Of a DNA stretch of 59,384 nt, positions 9,006-17,882 are shown piece after piece (within the stretch, counting starts at the first letter, position 1; the number at the start of each line of letters is the position of its first letter). A program made the translations under genes and the position numbers. Origin of the DNA: Candidatus Limnocylindria bacterium (GTDB lineage Bacteria; Chloroflexota; Limnocylindria; QHBO01); the NCBI GenBank assembly GCA_046262115.1, contig JBHENJ010000044.1, positions 1 through 59,384 on the forward strand, given 5' to 3'. Under the pieces are notes generated by a model, which saw nothing but the letters and a program-made list of their open reading frames with translations, was not told where the DNA came from and did no database searches.

Positions 9006-9851
9006 TCAACGACCGGCGACGACGAGCACCACGACCAGCGCCGCGAGCGCGAAGCGGTAGACGGCGAACGGCGCGACCGAGCGTCGCCGCAGCCAGCTGA
9101 GCAGGAATGCGATGGCCAGCATGCCGGCAAGCGCGGCCGCCACGAACCCGGCTCCCGCCGCCAGCCACTCCGCGCCGCTCAGGTCGCCGGCCACCAGCCT
9201 TCGCGACCCGTAGAGCCCGGCGCCGAGCGAGATCGGCGTGGCCAGCAGGAAGCTGAATCGGGCGGCGGCCTCGCGCCGCAGTCCGAGCGCCAGGCCGGCC
9301 GAGATCGTGCTGCCCGAGCGGCTGATTCCGGGGAGCAACGCGAGGCCCTGCGCCAGCCCGACGAGGATCGCCTCGGGCCACCGCAACGAGCCGAGATCAC
9401 GGCGACGCGTCCCCCAGCGATCGGCTGCCACGAGCACCAGCGCGCCGACGACGAGGAACCCGGCGATCGCCAGCCGCGTCGCCGTGCCGGCCCCGTGGAA
9501 GAGCTCCTCGATCGGTCCCTGGAGAGCGAAGCCGCTGGCTGCCGCCGGCAGCGTCGCGATCGCGAGCAGCCACGCGAGACGGCGCTGCGGGTCGTCGCCG
9601 ATGCGACGCTCCACCAGGCTGGCGACGAACGCTCTCGCGAGCCGCACCCAGTCGCGCGCGAAATACGCGAGCAGGGCCAGTGCGGTCCCGAGGTGGAGGA
9701 AGACGTCGAACGCGAGCGTGCCGATCAGCCGGTTCGGCTGCCACGCGAGGATCCACGGAACGAGCTCCAGATGCGCCGACGAGCTGACCGGGATGAACTC
9801 CGTGAGGCCCTGCAGCAGCCCGATCAGGAGGGCCTGGAGCGCCACCTCCAT
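9006..9851 (-). CDS. uppP: Undecaprenyl-diphosphatase (BacA family)
   Basis: QGLTEFIPVSSSAH and LLPGISRSG.T motifs; multi-TM. Confidence 0.95.
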   Translation of the reverse strand: MEVALQALLIGLLQGLTEFIPVSSSAHLELVPWILAWQPNRLIGTLAFDVFLHLGTALALLAYFARDWVRLARAFVASLVERRIGDDPQRRLAWLLAIATLPAAASGFALQGPIEELFHGAGTATRLAIAGFLVVGALVLVAADRWGTRRRDLGSLRWPEAILVGLAQGLALLPGISRSGSTISAGLALGLRREAAARFSFLLATPISLGAGLYGSRRLVAGDLSGAEWLAAGAGFVAAALAGMLAIAFLLSWLRRRSVAPFAVYRFALAALVVVLVVAGR

Positions 9852-9860
9852 GCGTGGCGA

Positions 9861-12059
9861 TCAGATGAAGAGCGGCGCCAGGACCAGGGTGATCGTCGCG
9901 AGCAGCTTGACGAGGACGTGCAGGGACGGGCCCGCGGTGTCCTTGAACGGATCGCCGATGGTGTCGCCGGTGACTGCCGCCGCGTGCGTCGGCGTCCCCT
10001 TGGCGATCGTGACTCCCTCGGCGTCGCTCAGGTGTCCTGCCTCGATGTACTTCTTCGCGTTGTCCCACGCGCCGCCGGCGTTGTTCAGGACGGTCGCGAG
10101 CAGGACTCCCGAGATCGTTCCGACCATCAGCATGCCGGCCGTGGCCTCGGCGCGGAGCAGCAGACCCACCGAGATCGGGACGCCCACCGCGACCAGGCCC
10201 GGCAGGATCATCTCTCGCAGGGCGGCGCGCGTGGTGAGGTCGACGACGCGGGCGTAGTTCGGCCGGGTCGTCCCGGCCATGATCCCGGGGTCCTCCCTGA
10301 ACTGGCGCCGCACCTCGACGATGATCGCCTGAGCGGCGCGGCCCACGGCGCGGATGGCCAGCGAGCTGAAGAAGAAGGCGAGCATCGCGCCGATGAGGGC
10401 GGCGACGAAGACGCGGACGTCGGACAGGTCGATCGCCTCGAGAGTGGGCAGGGCCTGGCGCGTCTGGATCAGGCGCACCTTGTCGGTGTAGGCGCTGAAC
10501 AGGAGGAACGCCGCCAGCGAGGCCGATGCGATCGCATAGCCCTTGGTGAGCGCCTTGGTCGTGTTCCCGACGGCGTCGAGCCGGTCGGTGATCTCCCGCG
10601 CCTTCGGCTCGGCATGGCTCATCTCGGCGATGCCGCCGGCGTTGTCGGTGATCGGCCCGAAGGTGTCCATGGCGAGGATGTACGCCGTGGTCATGAGCAT
10701 GCCCATCGTCGCGACCGCCGTGCCGAAGATGCCCCCGACGCTGGTGCCCTCGGCGTTCTCGATTCCCGCCAGCTGACCGAGGGTGTGGCTCGCCAGCAGC
10801 GCCACGCCGATCACCACCGCGGTGACAGCGGTCGTCTCGAACCCCACGGCGGTGCCGGCGATCGCATTCGTCGCCGGGCCGGTCTTGCTCGCCTCCGCGA
10901 TCTCCCTCACCGGACGCCACGCGCCCGACGTGTAGTACTGCGTGATGAATACGAAGGCGACGCTGGTGAGGAGGCCGACCACGCCGCAGCCGAAGAAATA
11001 GACCCACACCGGGATGCCGGCGGCGCCGGGCTCGCTGGAGGGAACCTGCATCATCTGCGAGGTCACGAACGCGAGCGCGACGACGCACAGCGCGGTGGTG
11101 ACCCAGTAGCCGTTGTTGAGCGCCGTCATCGGGTCGCCGCCTTCGCGGCCGCGCACGGCGAAGAGCCCGACGATCGTGGCGAAGAGCCCGAAGGCGCGCA
11201 CGACCAGCGGAAAGAAGATCCACGCCTCGGGGTTCGGCCAGCCCTGTGCGACCGCCACCGTGTAGACCGCCACGCCCAGGATCATGGCGCCGATGTTCTC
11301 CGCCGCGGTCGACTCGAACAGGTCGGCGCCGCGGCCGGCGCAGTCGCCGACGTTGTCGCCGACGAGGTCGGCAATGACCCCCGCGTTGCGCGGGTCGTCC
11401 TCCGGGATGCCTGCCTCGACCTTGCCGACGAGGTCCGAGCCGACGTCCGCGGCCTTGGTGTAGATCCCACCACCGAGCTGGGCGAAGAGCGCCACGAAGC
11501 TCGCCCCGAAGCCGAACCCGACGATCAGGAACGGCGCCTGGCCCACCGTCTCGGGGCTCAGCCCGCCGTACATGCTGAAGATGCCCCACACCCCGAGCAG
11601 GGAGAGCGCGACGACCAGGAACCCGGAGACCGCGCCGCCCCGCATGGCTACGGTGATCGCTTCGCTCAGGCTGCGCCTGGCCGCGGACGCGGTGCGAATG
11701 TTCGCCTTGACGGCGACGTACATGCCGATGATGCCCGACAGCGCGGACGCGGCGGCTCCGACCAGGAAGGCCATGCCCGTGCGAAAGCCGAGCTCGGGCC
11801 CGTAGATGTCGGTATCGGCGATCTGCTGCGTCTCGAATACGCCGATGAGCGCGCCAATCGCCACGGCGCCCACCAGGGCGAGCAGGCCGATCGTGACGTA
11901 CTGACGCCGGATGAAGGCGACGGCACCCTCGTAGATGGTGTCCGCGATGGCTTCCATGGCGAGCGTGCCGGTGTCCCGCCGGAGGACGTCGTACGCGAGG
12001 TACAGTGCGAAGGCGACCGCCACGATCCCCGCGAGGGGGATGATGAGGTTGATCGTCAT
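9861..12059 (-). CDS. hppA: Membrane-bound pyrophosphatase, predicted K+-independent H+-PPase
   Basis: GGGIYTKAADVG.DLVGKVEAGIPEDDPRN, DNVGD and GDPFKDT motifs. GNTTKA has Lys at the K+-determinant position. Confidence 0.95.
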   Translation of the reverse strand: MTINLIIPLAGIVAVAFALYLAYDVLRRDTGTLAMEAIADTIYEGAVAFIRRQYVTIGLLALVGAVAIGALIGVFETQQIADTDIYGPELGFRTGMAFLVGAAASALSGIIGMYVAVKANIRTASAARRSLSEAITVAMRGGAVSGFLVVALSLLGVWGIFSMYGGLSPETVGQAPFLIVGFGFGASFVALFAQLGGGIYTKAADVGSDLVGKVEAGIPEDDPRNAGVIADLVGDNVGDCAGRGADLFESTAAENIGAMILGVAVYTVAVAQGWPNPEAWIFFPLVVRAFGLFATIVGLFAVRGREGGDPMTALNNGYWVTTALCVVALAFVTSQMMQVPSSEPGAAGIPVWVYFFGCGVVGLLTSVAFVFITQYYTSGAWRPVREIAEASKTGPATNAIAGTAVGFETTAVTAVVIGVALLASHTLGQLAGIENAEGTSVGGIFGTAVATMGMLMTTAYILAMDTFGPITDNAGGIAEMSHAEPKAREITDRLDAVGNTTKALTKGYAIASASLAAFLLFSAYTDKVRLIQTRQALPTLEAIDLSDVRVFVAALIGAMLAFFFSSLAIRAVGRAAQAIIVEVRRQFREDPGIMAGTTRPNYARVVDLTTRAALREMILPGLVAVGVPISVGLLLRAEATAGMLMVGTISGVLLATVLNNAGGAWDNAKKYIEAGHLSDAEGVTIAKGTPTHAAAVTGDTIGDPFKDTAGPSLHVLVKLLATITLVLAPLFI

Positions 12060-12155
12060 CGGGCCTCCGAGCGCGTGCGGGCGCAGCCGGCCGCCGAGGG
12101 CCGCTGAACACGGGAACGCCGGACGGCGCGCAAGCTCGCCCGGCGAGGCGCGCGG

Positions 12156-12184
12156 ATTCTAGCTCCCGGCGATTGGCGGGTCAA
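12156..12184 (-). promoter_or_regulatory. Sigma70-type promoter for hppA
   Basis: TTGACC-17-TAGAAT on the minus strand. Confidence 0.6.
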
Positions 12185-12194
12185 ACCTTGCGGC

Positions 12195-14324
12195 TCAGGG
12201 CACCCAGTCGGGCGTGTCGCCGTCGGGCGACAGCCCGTCCGGCAGCCCGGCCTCGGTCGGTAGCGTCCAGATCCCGTCGGCGTGGACATCGCCGCTGGAC
12301 GTGGTGCCGACGCGCGCCGCAACCAGCGTGGTCGGATTCGGCCCGAACGAGACCGACGTGGCGAGGAACGTATCCGGGTCGGCGAGGCGGCGGACGCCCG
12401 GCGACGCAGACCATGCTGTCCACACCGAGCCAGCGAGCCGATCCACGCGGGCGTCGCCGCGCAGGAATGCCAGGCGTCCGGACGACGCGACGATCGGGGC
12501 GAACGCCCCGCCCCGCAGCCCGGTCTCTCGCGCGCGCTCGTCGCGGAACGCGACGCGCACCAGTCGCAGATCCCCAACGGAGACGTCGGGCGGCAACTCG
12601 TCCTGCGGTCCTGTCCCCGCGATCGCCTCGTTGTCCGAGGCCCGACCTGCCCGGTGCGGCGGCGCGCCCGCGAACACCGCCTCCGACGAGTCGGGTCGCC
12701 AGGACGGGGCCCCGACGACGACGAACGGCACGCGGGTGACGCTGCCGGTATCGATCTCGAGCACCACGGCCGCGGCGCGTGCCTCGACGTACGCCAACAA
12801 TGCCCCGTCCGGGGAGTACCGCGGCGCACGCAGCACGGGATCCGCGGCGAGCGGAGCCTGCGACGCCGCCGCCGTCGCCTGGGCGCCAGGCGACGCTGTG
12901 CCCGGAGGCGGCGACTGAGACGCGATCTCGACCGGACGACTCGTCCCGCCGCCGGGCTCCCGGGTCCACAGACCGAGACCGGCGCCCGTCTGTGCGTCGG
13001 CGCGGCCGAAGACGAGCTCCTCGCCGTCGGGGCGATAGGCCGGGTCGAACTCGAGGACGCCGTCATCGGTCAGCATGCGGCGCGCACCGCCATCGGCCGC
13101 GTACTCTACTAGTCGCTCGCCGTCGCCAACCACGAATCGCCGAGCGTCAGGCGAGACGTCGTAGGCCACGACCGACGAGAGCTCGGCGGACAGCTGCCGC
13201 TGATTGCTGCCGTCCGGATTCATCGCCCACAGATTCCGGATCCCGCCCCGCTCGGTAAGGAAGACGATCTGGTTCTCGAGCGACGGGAACGGCGCGCCGG
13301 TGGTGAACGACCAGCTCAGCGGCTGGTCGAGCTGGCGCCCATCGGCCGCGCGGATGCCGGAGGCCACCTCGACAGTGAAGGTGGTGTTCGCGGGTAGCGG
13401 CGACGACGGCAAAAACCGCAGCACGCTGGCCCGCGACGGCTCTGCCCGTTGACCGGCGAGGGGCTGTTGGATCAGCGCGAGGGAGCCGGGCACGTCCGGC
13501 TCGATGGTGAACGCGTCGTCGACCGTCTCGGGATCGAGCGCCTGGTCGAAGCCGACCGCGATGGCGGTCCACGGCGACGCCCCGGCGAGGCGATCGGAGG
13601 GCACCAGCCAGGCGCGTTCGAGGACGTCTGCCGCACTCAAGAAGTGGAGGACGAACGGCCGCAGCATCCGGTTCCCGGCCAGGTCTGTGGCGCGGCGATC
13701 GACGATCAGCTCGTAGTCGGTGCCCGCGTCGAGCGGCTCGGACGGGACCACGGTGACGGTCTCACCGCTCCATCGGAGGTAGTAGTCGAAATGCGGTGCG
13801 ACGCGGAGAGCGCGCTCGACGGAGGCAGTGTCCATCAGCGTCGAGAAGGTGAGCGTCACGGGGCTGCTGGCCGCCACCTCGCCGCCGGGGAGCGGGTCGC
13901 TGGCTGTGACTGCAGGACGGGCGACGGTTCGGAACGCGAACGGCGCCGCCGACGCCTCCGACTCGTTGCCCGCCGCGTCGCGGACGCCAGCCGCCACCGT
14001 AACGGTGAACGCGCCGTCGATCGGCAGACCGCCGGATGGGCTGAACGACATCGTCGTGCCCGCCCAACTGAACGTGCCGTCCAGCTCCGGCGCGACCCGG
14101 AACGCGCGTTCGGCGCTGGCCTTGTCGACGGTTTCGGAGAACGTGACCTCGATCGACGAATTCGTAAGCGCGACCTCGTCCGAGGCCGCGAGGTGGTGCG
14201 TCAGCGCGTACGAGGCGACCCGCGGCGGCTGGGCATCGACGTTCGTGGCATTGAAGAGGACCACTCCCAGGACCGCAAGCCCCGCGATCAGGACTGCGGC
14301 GTTGCGCGCCGCCGCGCGGGTCAC
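12195..14324 (-). CDS. Exported protein: three Ig-like (Big_5/SbsA-like) repeats plus a TolB-like beta-propeller
   Basis: N-terminal TM/signal segment. Repeats of 'I.VTFS..VD..S...AF...P', 'RDAAGN' and 'WSFTT'. C-terminal 'LWAMNPDGSNQRQL' and 'P.W/YSPDG' repeats. Confidence 0.75.
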   Translation of the reverse strand: MTRAAARNAAVLIAGLAVLGVVLFNATNVDAQPPRVASYALTHHLAASDEVALTNSSIEVTFSETVDKASAERAFRVAPELDGTFSWAGTTMSFSPSGGLPIDGAFTVTVAAGVRDAAGNESEASAAPFAFRTVARPAVTASDPLPGGEVAASSPVTLTFSTLMDTASVERALRVAPHFDYYLRWSGETVTVVPSEPLDAGTDYELIVDRRATDLAGNRMLRPFVLHFLSAADVLERAWLVPSDRLAGASPWTAIAVGFDQALDPETVDDAFTIEPDVPGSLALIQQPLAGQRAEPSRASVLRFLPSSPLPANTTFTVEVASGIRAADGRQLDQPLSWSFTTGAPFPSLENQIVFLTERGGIRNLWAMNPDGSNQRQLSAELSSVVAYDVSPDARRFVVGDGERLVEYAADGGARRMLTDDGVLEFDPAYRPDGEELVFGRADAQTGAGLGLWTREPGGGTSRPVEIASQSPPPGTASPGAQATAAASQAPLAADPVLRAPRYSPDGALLAYVEARAAAVVLEIDTGSVTRVPFVVVGAPSWRPDSSEAVFAGAPPHRAGRASDNEAIAGTGPQDELPPDVSVGDLRLVRVAFRDERARETGLRGGAFAPIVASSGRLAFLRGDARVDRLAGSVWTAWSASPGVRRLADPDTFLATSVSFGPNPTTLVAARVGTTSSGDVHADGIWTLPTEAGLPDGLSPDGDTPDWVP

Positions 14325-14327
14325 GCG

Positions 14328-15737
14328 TCAGTGCATGCGAAGGCGGGCGGGAAGGATCTGCAGCTCGTCGCGGTACTTCGCGACGGTTCGCCGCGCGAGC
14401 ACGACGCCGTCGGCGCGCAGGAGGTCGGCGATCTCCTGGTCGGAATACGGACGTCGCGGGTCCTCGCCGTCGACGAGTCGCCGTATCTGGTCCTTGACGC
14501 CCAGGGATGCCGTGAAGAAGTGACTGAACGGGACGATCTCGCCGGATGGGATCATCACGAACTTGTCGGCCGTGGCGCGGCTCACCGTCGACTCGTGCAT
14601 GCCGATCACCTCGCCGACCTCCGCGCGCGTCAGGGGGACGAGGTGCTGGACGCCCTCGAGGAGGTAGTCGCGCTGACGCTCGCAGAGGCACTCGGCGATC
14701 CGCTGCATGGTCGCTCGACGCCGGTTGATGTTGTCGATGAAGAACTTCGCCCGCCCGACGTACTCACGGATGTGCCGCTTGTCACCGTCCGTCGTGTCGG
14801 CGCTACGGAGCGTCGCCGAGACGCTCGAGTAGATCGGCGCCACGCGCAGCGAGAACTTCCGCGACTCCACGACCTCGACCACGAGATCGTCGTCGACGAT
14901 ACGGATCAGGACGTCTGGCCGCAGGATCGCGCCGCGGCCGCCGTCGCCGACCGCCTCGGTGAATGCCGAGGCTGGATAGGGGTTCAGGTTGGACTTGATG
15001 AACTCCCAGCAGGCGACGACGTCATCCGCGGTCGCTCGGACGGCGGCCGCGATCTCGCGGAACTTCCGCTCGCCGAGGCGGGGCAGGTGGTCGCGAACGA
15101 CCACCTCCGCGATCGCCGGCACCTGCGCGCCGTTCTCCCGCAGGTGTGCGATCTGGAGGAGCAGGCACTCGACCATGTTCGCTGCGCCGATGCCGATCGG
15201 TTCCAGCGTCCGCAGCGCACGGACGGCCTCCGCCGCCTCCGCCTCGCTCGACCCGGTCGCGGTCGCGATCTCGCGCTCGGTGACGGTCAGGAAGCCGCTC
15301 TCGTCGAGCGCGCCGATCGCGTAGTCGGCTACCGGTTGCAGGCGTGGCGGGAGGAGCGTGCGAAGGTTCCAGGACAGGTGCTCTTCGAGCGTGAACTCCG
15401 CTTCCGCACGGGCGATCGGGTCAAAGTCGTCGTCGTCGTCGCGAAGCCGCTGCGGGCCGTCATACGGGAGCTCGTCGACGTCGGACTCGGCCTGACTATC
15501 GCCCGTGGCCTTGCGCGGGAAGCAATCGGTGCAGTAATTGCCAGTGACCGGGTTGCCGCAGATCGGGCAGGATGGCAGCTCGACCAGGTCGAGCGCCGGG
15601 TTCTCGTCGAGCTCCTGGGCGATCGCCTCGTGGAGCTCGACCGAGCTCATCTGCAGGATGTAGTTCGCCGCGATCTGCTTCGGCGTGACCCTGACCTGCA
15701 GCTGCGGCTGCAGCTGCTGTTTGAGATCGATCGTCAT
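14328..15737 (-). CDS. rpoN: RNA polymerase sigma-54 factor
   Basis: Q/L-rich region I, E..ENP.L, EP.GIGA....ECL.LQ, HESTVSRA, SDQ.I, and the RpoN box ARRTVAKYR. Confidence 0.95.
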   Translation of the reverse strand: MTIDLKQQLQPQLQVRVTPKQIAANYILQMSSVELHEAIAQELDENPALDLVELPSCPICGNPVTGNYCTDCFPRKATGDSQAESDVDELPYDGPQRLRDDDDDFDPIARAEAEFTLEEHLSWNLRTLLPPRLQPVADYAIGALDESGFLTVTEREIATATGSSEAEAAEAVRALRTLEPIGIGAANMVECLLLQIAHLRENGAQVPAIAEVVVRDHLPRLGERKFREIAAAVRATADDVVACWEFIKSNLNPYPASAFTEAVGDGGRGAILRPDVLIRIVDDDLVVEVVESRKFSLRVAPIYSSVSATLRSADTTDGDKRHIREYVGRAKFFIDNINRRRATMQRIAECLCERQRDYLLEGVQHLVPLTRAEVGEVIGMHESTVSRATADKFVMIPSGEIVPFSHFFTASLGVKDQIRRLVDGEDPRRPYSDQEIADLLRADGVVLARRTVAKYRDELQILPARLRMH

Positions 15738-15920
15738 CGCCTCTCACCGACTGCTCGTGGCGGCCCCGGGGGGCGGATTATAGGCGGCGTTCCGTCCAGC
15801 ACGACCAGACGCTTGCCGGCACGGCGAGCAGGCCGCCGCGTCCGCCGCGGCCGTGGGGGCAGTCAAATGCCATGCGCTATGCTACGGCGCCCCCGAACGC
15901 CCCTCGTTTGACGGACGCGG

Positions 15921-16661
15921 ATGACGTATGCCCCTTTAGACACCGATCCCCGGACCGGGTTGTCCGCCGCCGAGGGCGAGGACGCCGTTCCGCGACGCCG
16001 GGGCGTCGGCTGCGCCTTCGAGATCGTCGAGACGCTGGTCCTGACCATCGTCATCTACCTCGTCATCCACAACTTCGTCGCGCAGCCCTTCAAGGTCGAG
16101 CAGAGCAGCATGATCCCGACGCTGCTGCCCGAGGAGTACGTCCTGATCGACAAGCTGACCCCCCGGTTCAGCGACTACCAGCGGGGGGACATCGTGGTCT
16201 TCACCCCGCCGGAGGGGTTCGAGCAAGGGGGCGTGCCGTTCATCAAGCGCGTCATCGGCGTCCCCGGTGACACCGTCGGCCTCGAGAACGGCCGCGTCTT
16301 CGTGGCGCCGTCGGGCGGCGAGCCGCACCAGCTGACGGAGACGTACATCAACACCGTCGACGGAGAGTTCGTCGCGACCCGCCCGCGCGACGCCCAGGGG
16401 ACGACCGAGTGGCACGTGCCGCCAGGGACCTATTTCGTGATGGGGGACAACCGCGACGCCAGCCAGGACTCGCGCACCTTCGGGCCGATCGGCCGCGACC
16501 TCATCGTCGGGCGCGGCTGGGTCCGCTATTTCCCTCTCGACCGGATCGGGATCCTCGAGCGACCGGGCTATCCCGAGCTTGATGGCGACTCGGCGGCGTC
16601 CGCGCGGCGCGACCCAGTCCCCGTGGAGCTACCGCTCGACCTGTCGTTCGCGCGCCCATAA
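15921..16661 (+). CDS. lepB: Signal peptidase I
   Basis: SM.PTL, RGDIVVF, FIKRVIG.PGD and GDNR..S.DSR.FG motifs. Confidence 0.95.
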   Translation: MTYAPLDTDPRTGLSAAEGEDAVPRRRGVGCAFEIVETLVLTIVIYLVIHNFVAQPFKVEQSSMIPTLLPEEYVLIDKLTPRFSDYQRGDIVVFTPPEGFEQGGVPFIKRVIGVPGDTVGLENGRVFVAPSGGEPHQLTETYINTVDGEFVATRPRDAQGTTEWHVPPGTYFVMGDNRDASQDSRTFGPIGRDLIVGRGWVRYFPLDRIGILERPGYPELDGDSAASARRDPVPVELPLDLSFARP

Positions 16662-17086
16662 TCGATCAGCGGGACGCCGCCGAACCACAGGTCGAGCTCC
16701 GCGGTCGCCGTCTCAGGGCCGTCCGAGGCATGGACGAGGTTGCGGAGCGTCGTTAGGCCGAGGTCGCCGCGCACCGTTCCGGGGTCCGCGGTCGCGGGGC
16801 GCGTCGACCCGATGAGTGAACGGACCACCGCAATGGCGTCGGGCCCCTCGAGCGCCAGCGACGCGACCGGTCCGGACGTGATGAAGTCCACCAGCTCGCC
16901 GTAGAACGGCTTGTCCGCGTGGACGGCGTAGTGACGCTCAGCAAGCTCCACGGCGACATCCACCAGGCGCATGCCGACCAGCTTGAGGCCCTTGCGCTCG
17001 AAGCGGCCGATGATCTCCCCCACCAGACCACGCTCGACGCCGTCTGGCTTGACGAGCACGAGTGTCCGCTCGAGCGACGCTTCCAT
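16568..17086 (-). CDS. ndk: Nucleoside diphosphate kinase
   Basis: ERTL..VKPDG, HY..H...PF, PGTVRGD and N.VHASD motifs. C-terminal tail overlaps lepB. Confidence 0.93.
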   Translation of the reverse strand: MEASLERTLVLVKPDGVERGLVGEIIGRFERKGLKLVGMRLVDVAVELAERHYAVHADKPFYGELVDFITSGPVASLALEGPDAIAVVRSLIGSTRPATADPGTVRGDLGLTTLRNLVHASDGPETATAELDLWFGGVPLIDYGRANDRSSGSSTGTGSRRADAAESPSSSG

Positions 17087-17093
17087 CTGTCGC

Positions 17094-17882
17094 TCAGCGG
17101 GCGACACGATCGCCGGGCGCGGCGGCACGGCCGTACACCTCCGCCGCCTCGTCCGGGCGGCCGGCCGCAGCGAGGAGGTCTCCGTACAGCATAAGCGTCC
17201 GCGCGTCGCGCGCAGCCTCCGGGAGCGACTCGAGCAGCGCGATCCCCTCGTCGGCGATCCGGCCGTCCAGGCGGAGCGCGAGGCTAAGCTCGTGCTCCCC
17301 CCTCGCGACGTCACGCGCGGCGAATGCCGCCCGGGCCGCACCGATCCGCGCGCGCGCAGCGGCCGGCCGCTCCGGGTCGGGTCCGCGCGCGACCGCGACC
17401 TCGATCGCGGCGGTGGTCTGGGCTCCCGGCTCGCTCGCTCCCTCGAACGGGTTCGGCCAATCGAGGGTGGTCGGGACGCCGGCGCGGACCAGCCACGCCG
17501 CCTCGGGCCCGACCGAGCTGATGACCCGGTCCCTGAGCGCGCGCGCCCTGGCGAGGTCGCCCGCGGCTGCCGCCGCGTCGGCGTCGACCATCAATGCAAC
17601 CGTCTCGCGCCGCAGGTCACTGCTCGGGCGCACCGCGGCGAGCACCGCGCCCGCCTCGAGGGGCCGCTGCTGGCGCCAGAGCGCCTCCGCCAGGACGGCG
17701 TACACCGGCTCGAGCGCCGTTTCGTCGGCGGAGCCGCTCGCGTCGCGGCGCGAGAGCAGTTCGCGGAGCGTCGTCTCCGCCAGGAGCGGCAGTCCGCCCT
17801 CGAGCTGCGAGCGCGCGAGGGCCACCTCGTCGGGGAGCAGGTCGATCTCCGCAGTGGCCTCGGCCGGCGCCTCCCGATTCAT
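17094..17882 (-). CDS. TPR-like helical repeat protein
   Basis: Ala/Leu-rich helical repeats such as 'LYGDLLAAAGRPDEAAEVYGRA'. ATGA-coupled to the peptidase. Confidence 0.6.
   Translation of the reverse strand: MNREAPAEATAEIDLLPDEVALARSQLEGGLPLLAETTLRELLSRRDASGSADETALEPVYAVLAEALWRQQRPLEAGAVLAAVRPSSDLRRETVALMVDADAAAAAGDLARARALRDRVISSVGPEAAWLVRAGVPTTLDWPNPFEGASEPGAQTTAAIEVAVARGPDPERPAAARARIGAARAAFAARDVARGEHELSLALRLDGRIADEGIALLESLPEAARDARTLMLYGDLLAAAGRPDEAAEVYGRAAAPGDRVAR

Noticed and set aside
12101-12110. CGCTGAAC copies outside the element (about 12102, 23623 and 39228) matching the satellite repeat
   Set aside because: An 8-mer is expected to recur by chance in 59 kb of high-GC DNA, and the contexts differ.
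9397-12111. Very long alternative-frame and antisense ORFs over hppA (904 aa and 870 aa), and similar ones over rpoN, lysS, serS and the dynamin genes
   Set aside because: These are shadow ORFs expected from high-GC codon bias. They are Arg/Gly/Pro-rich or mirror real genes, and have no family motifs.
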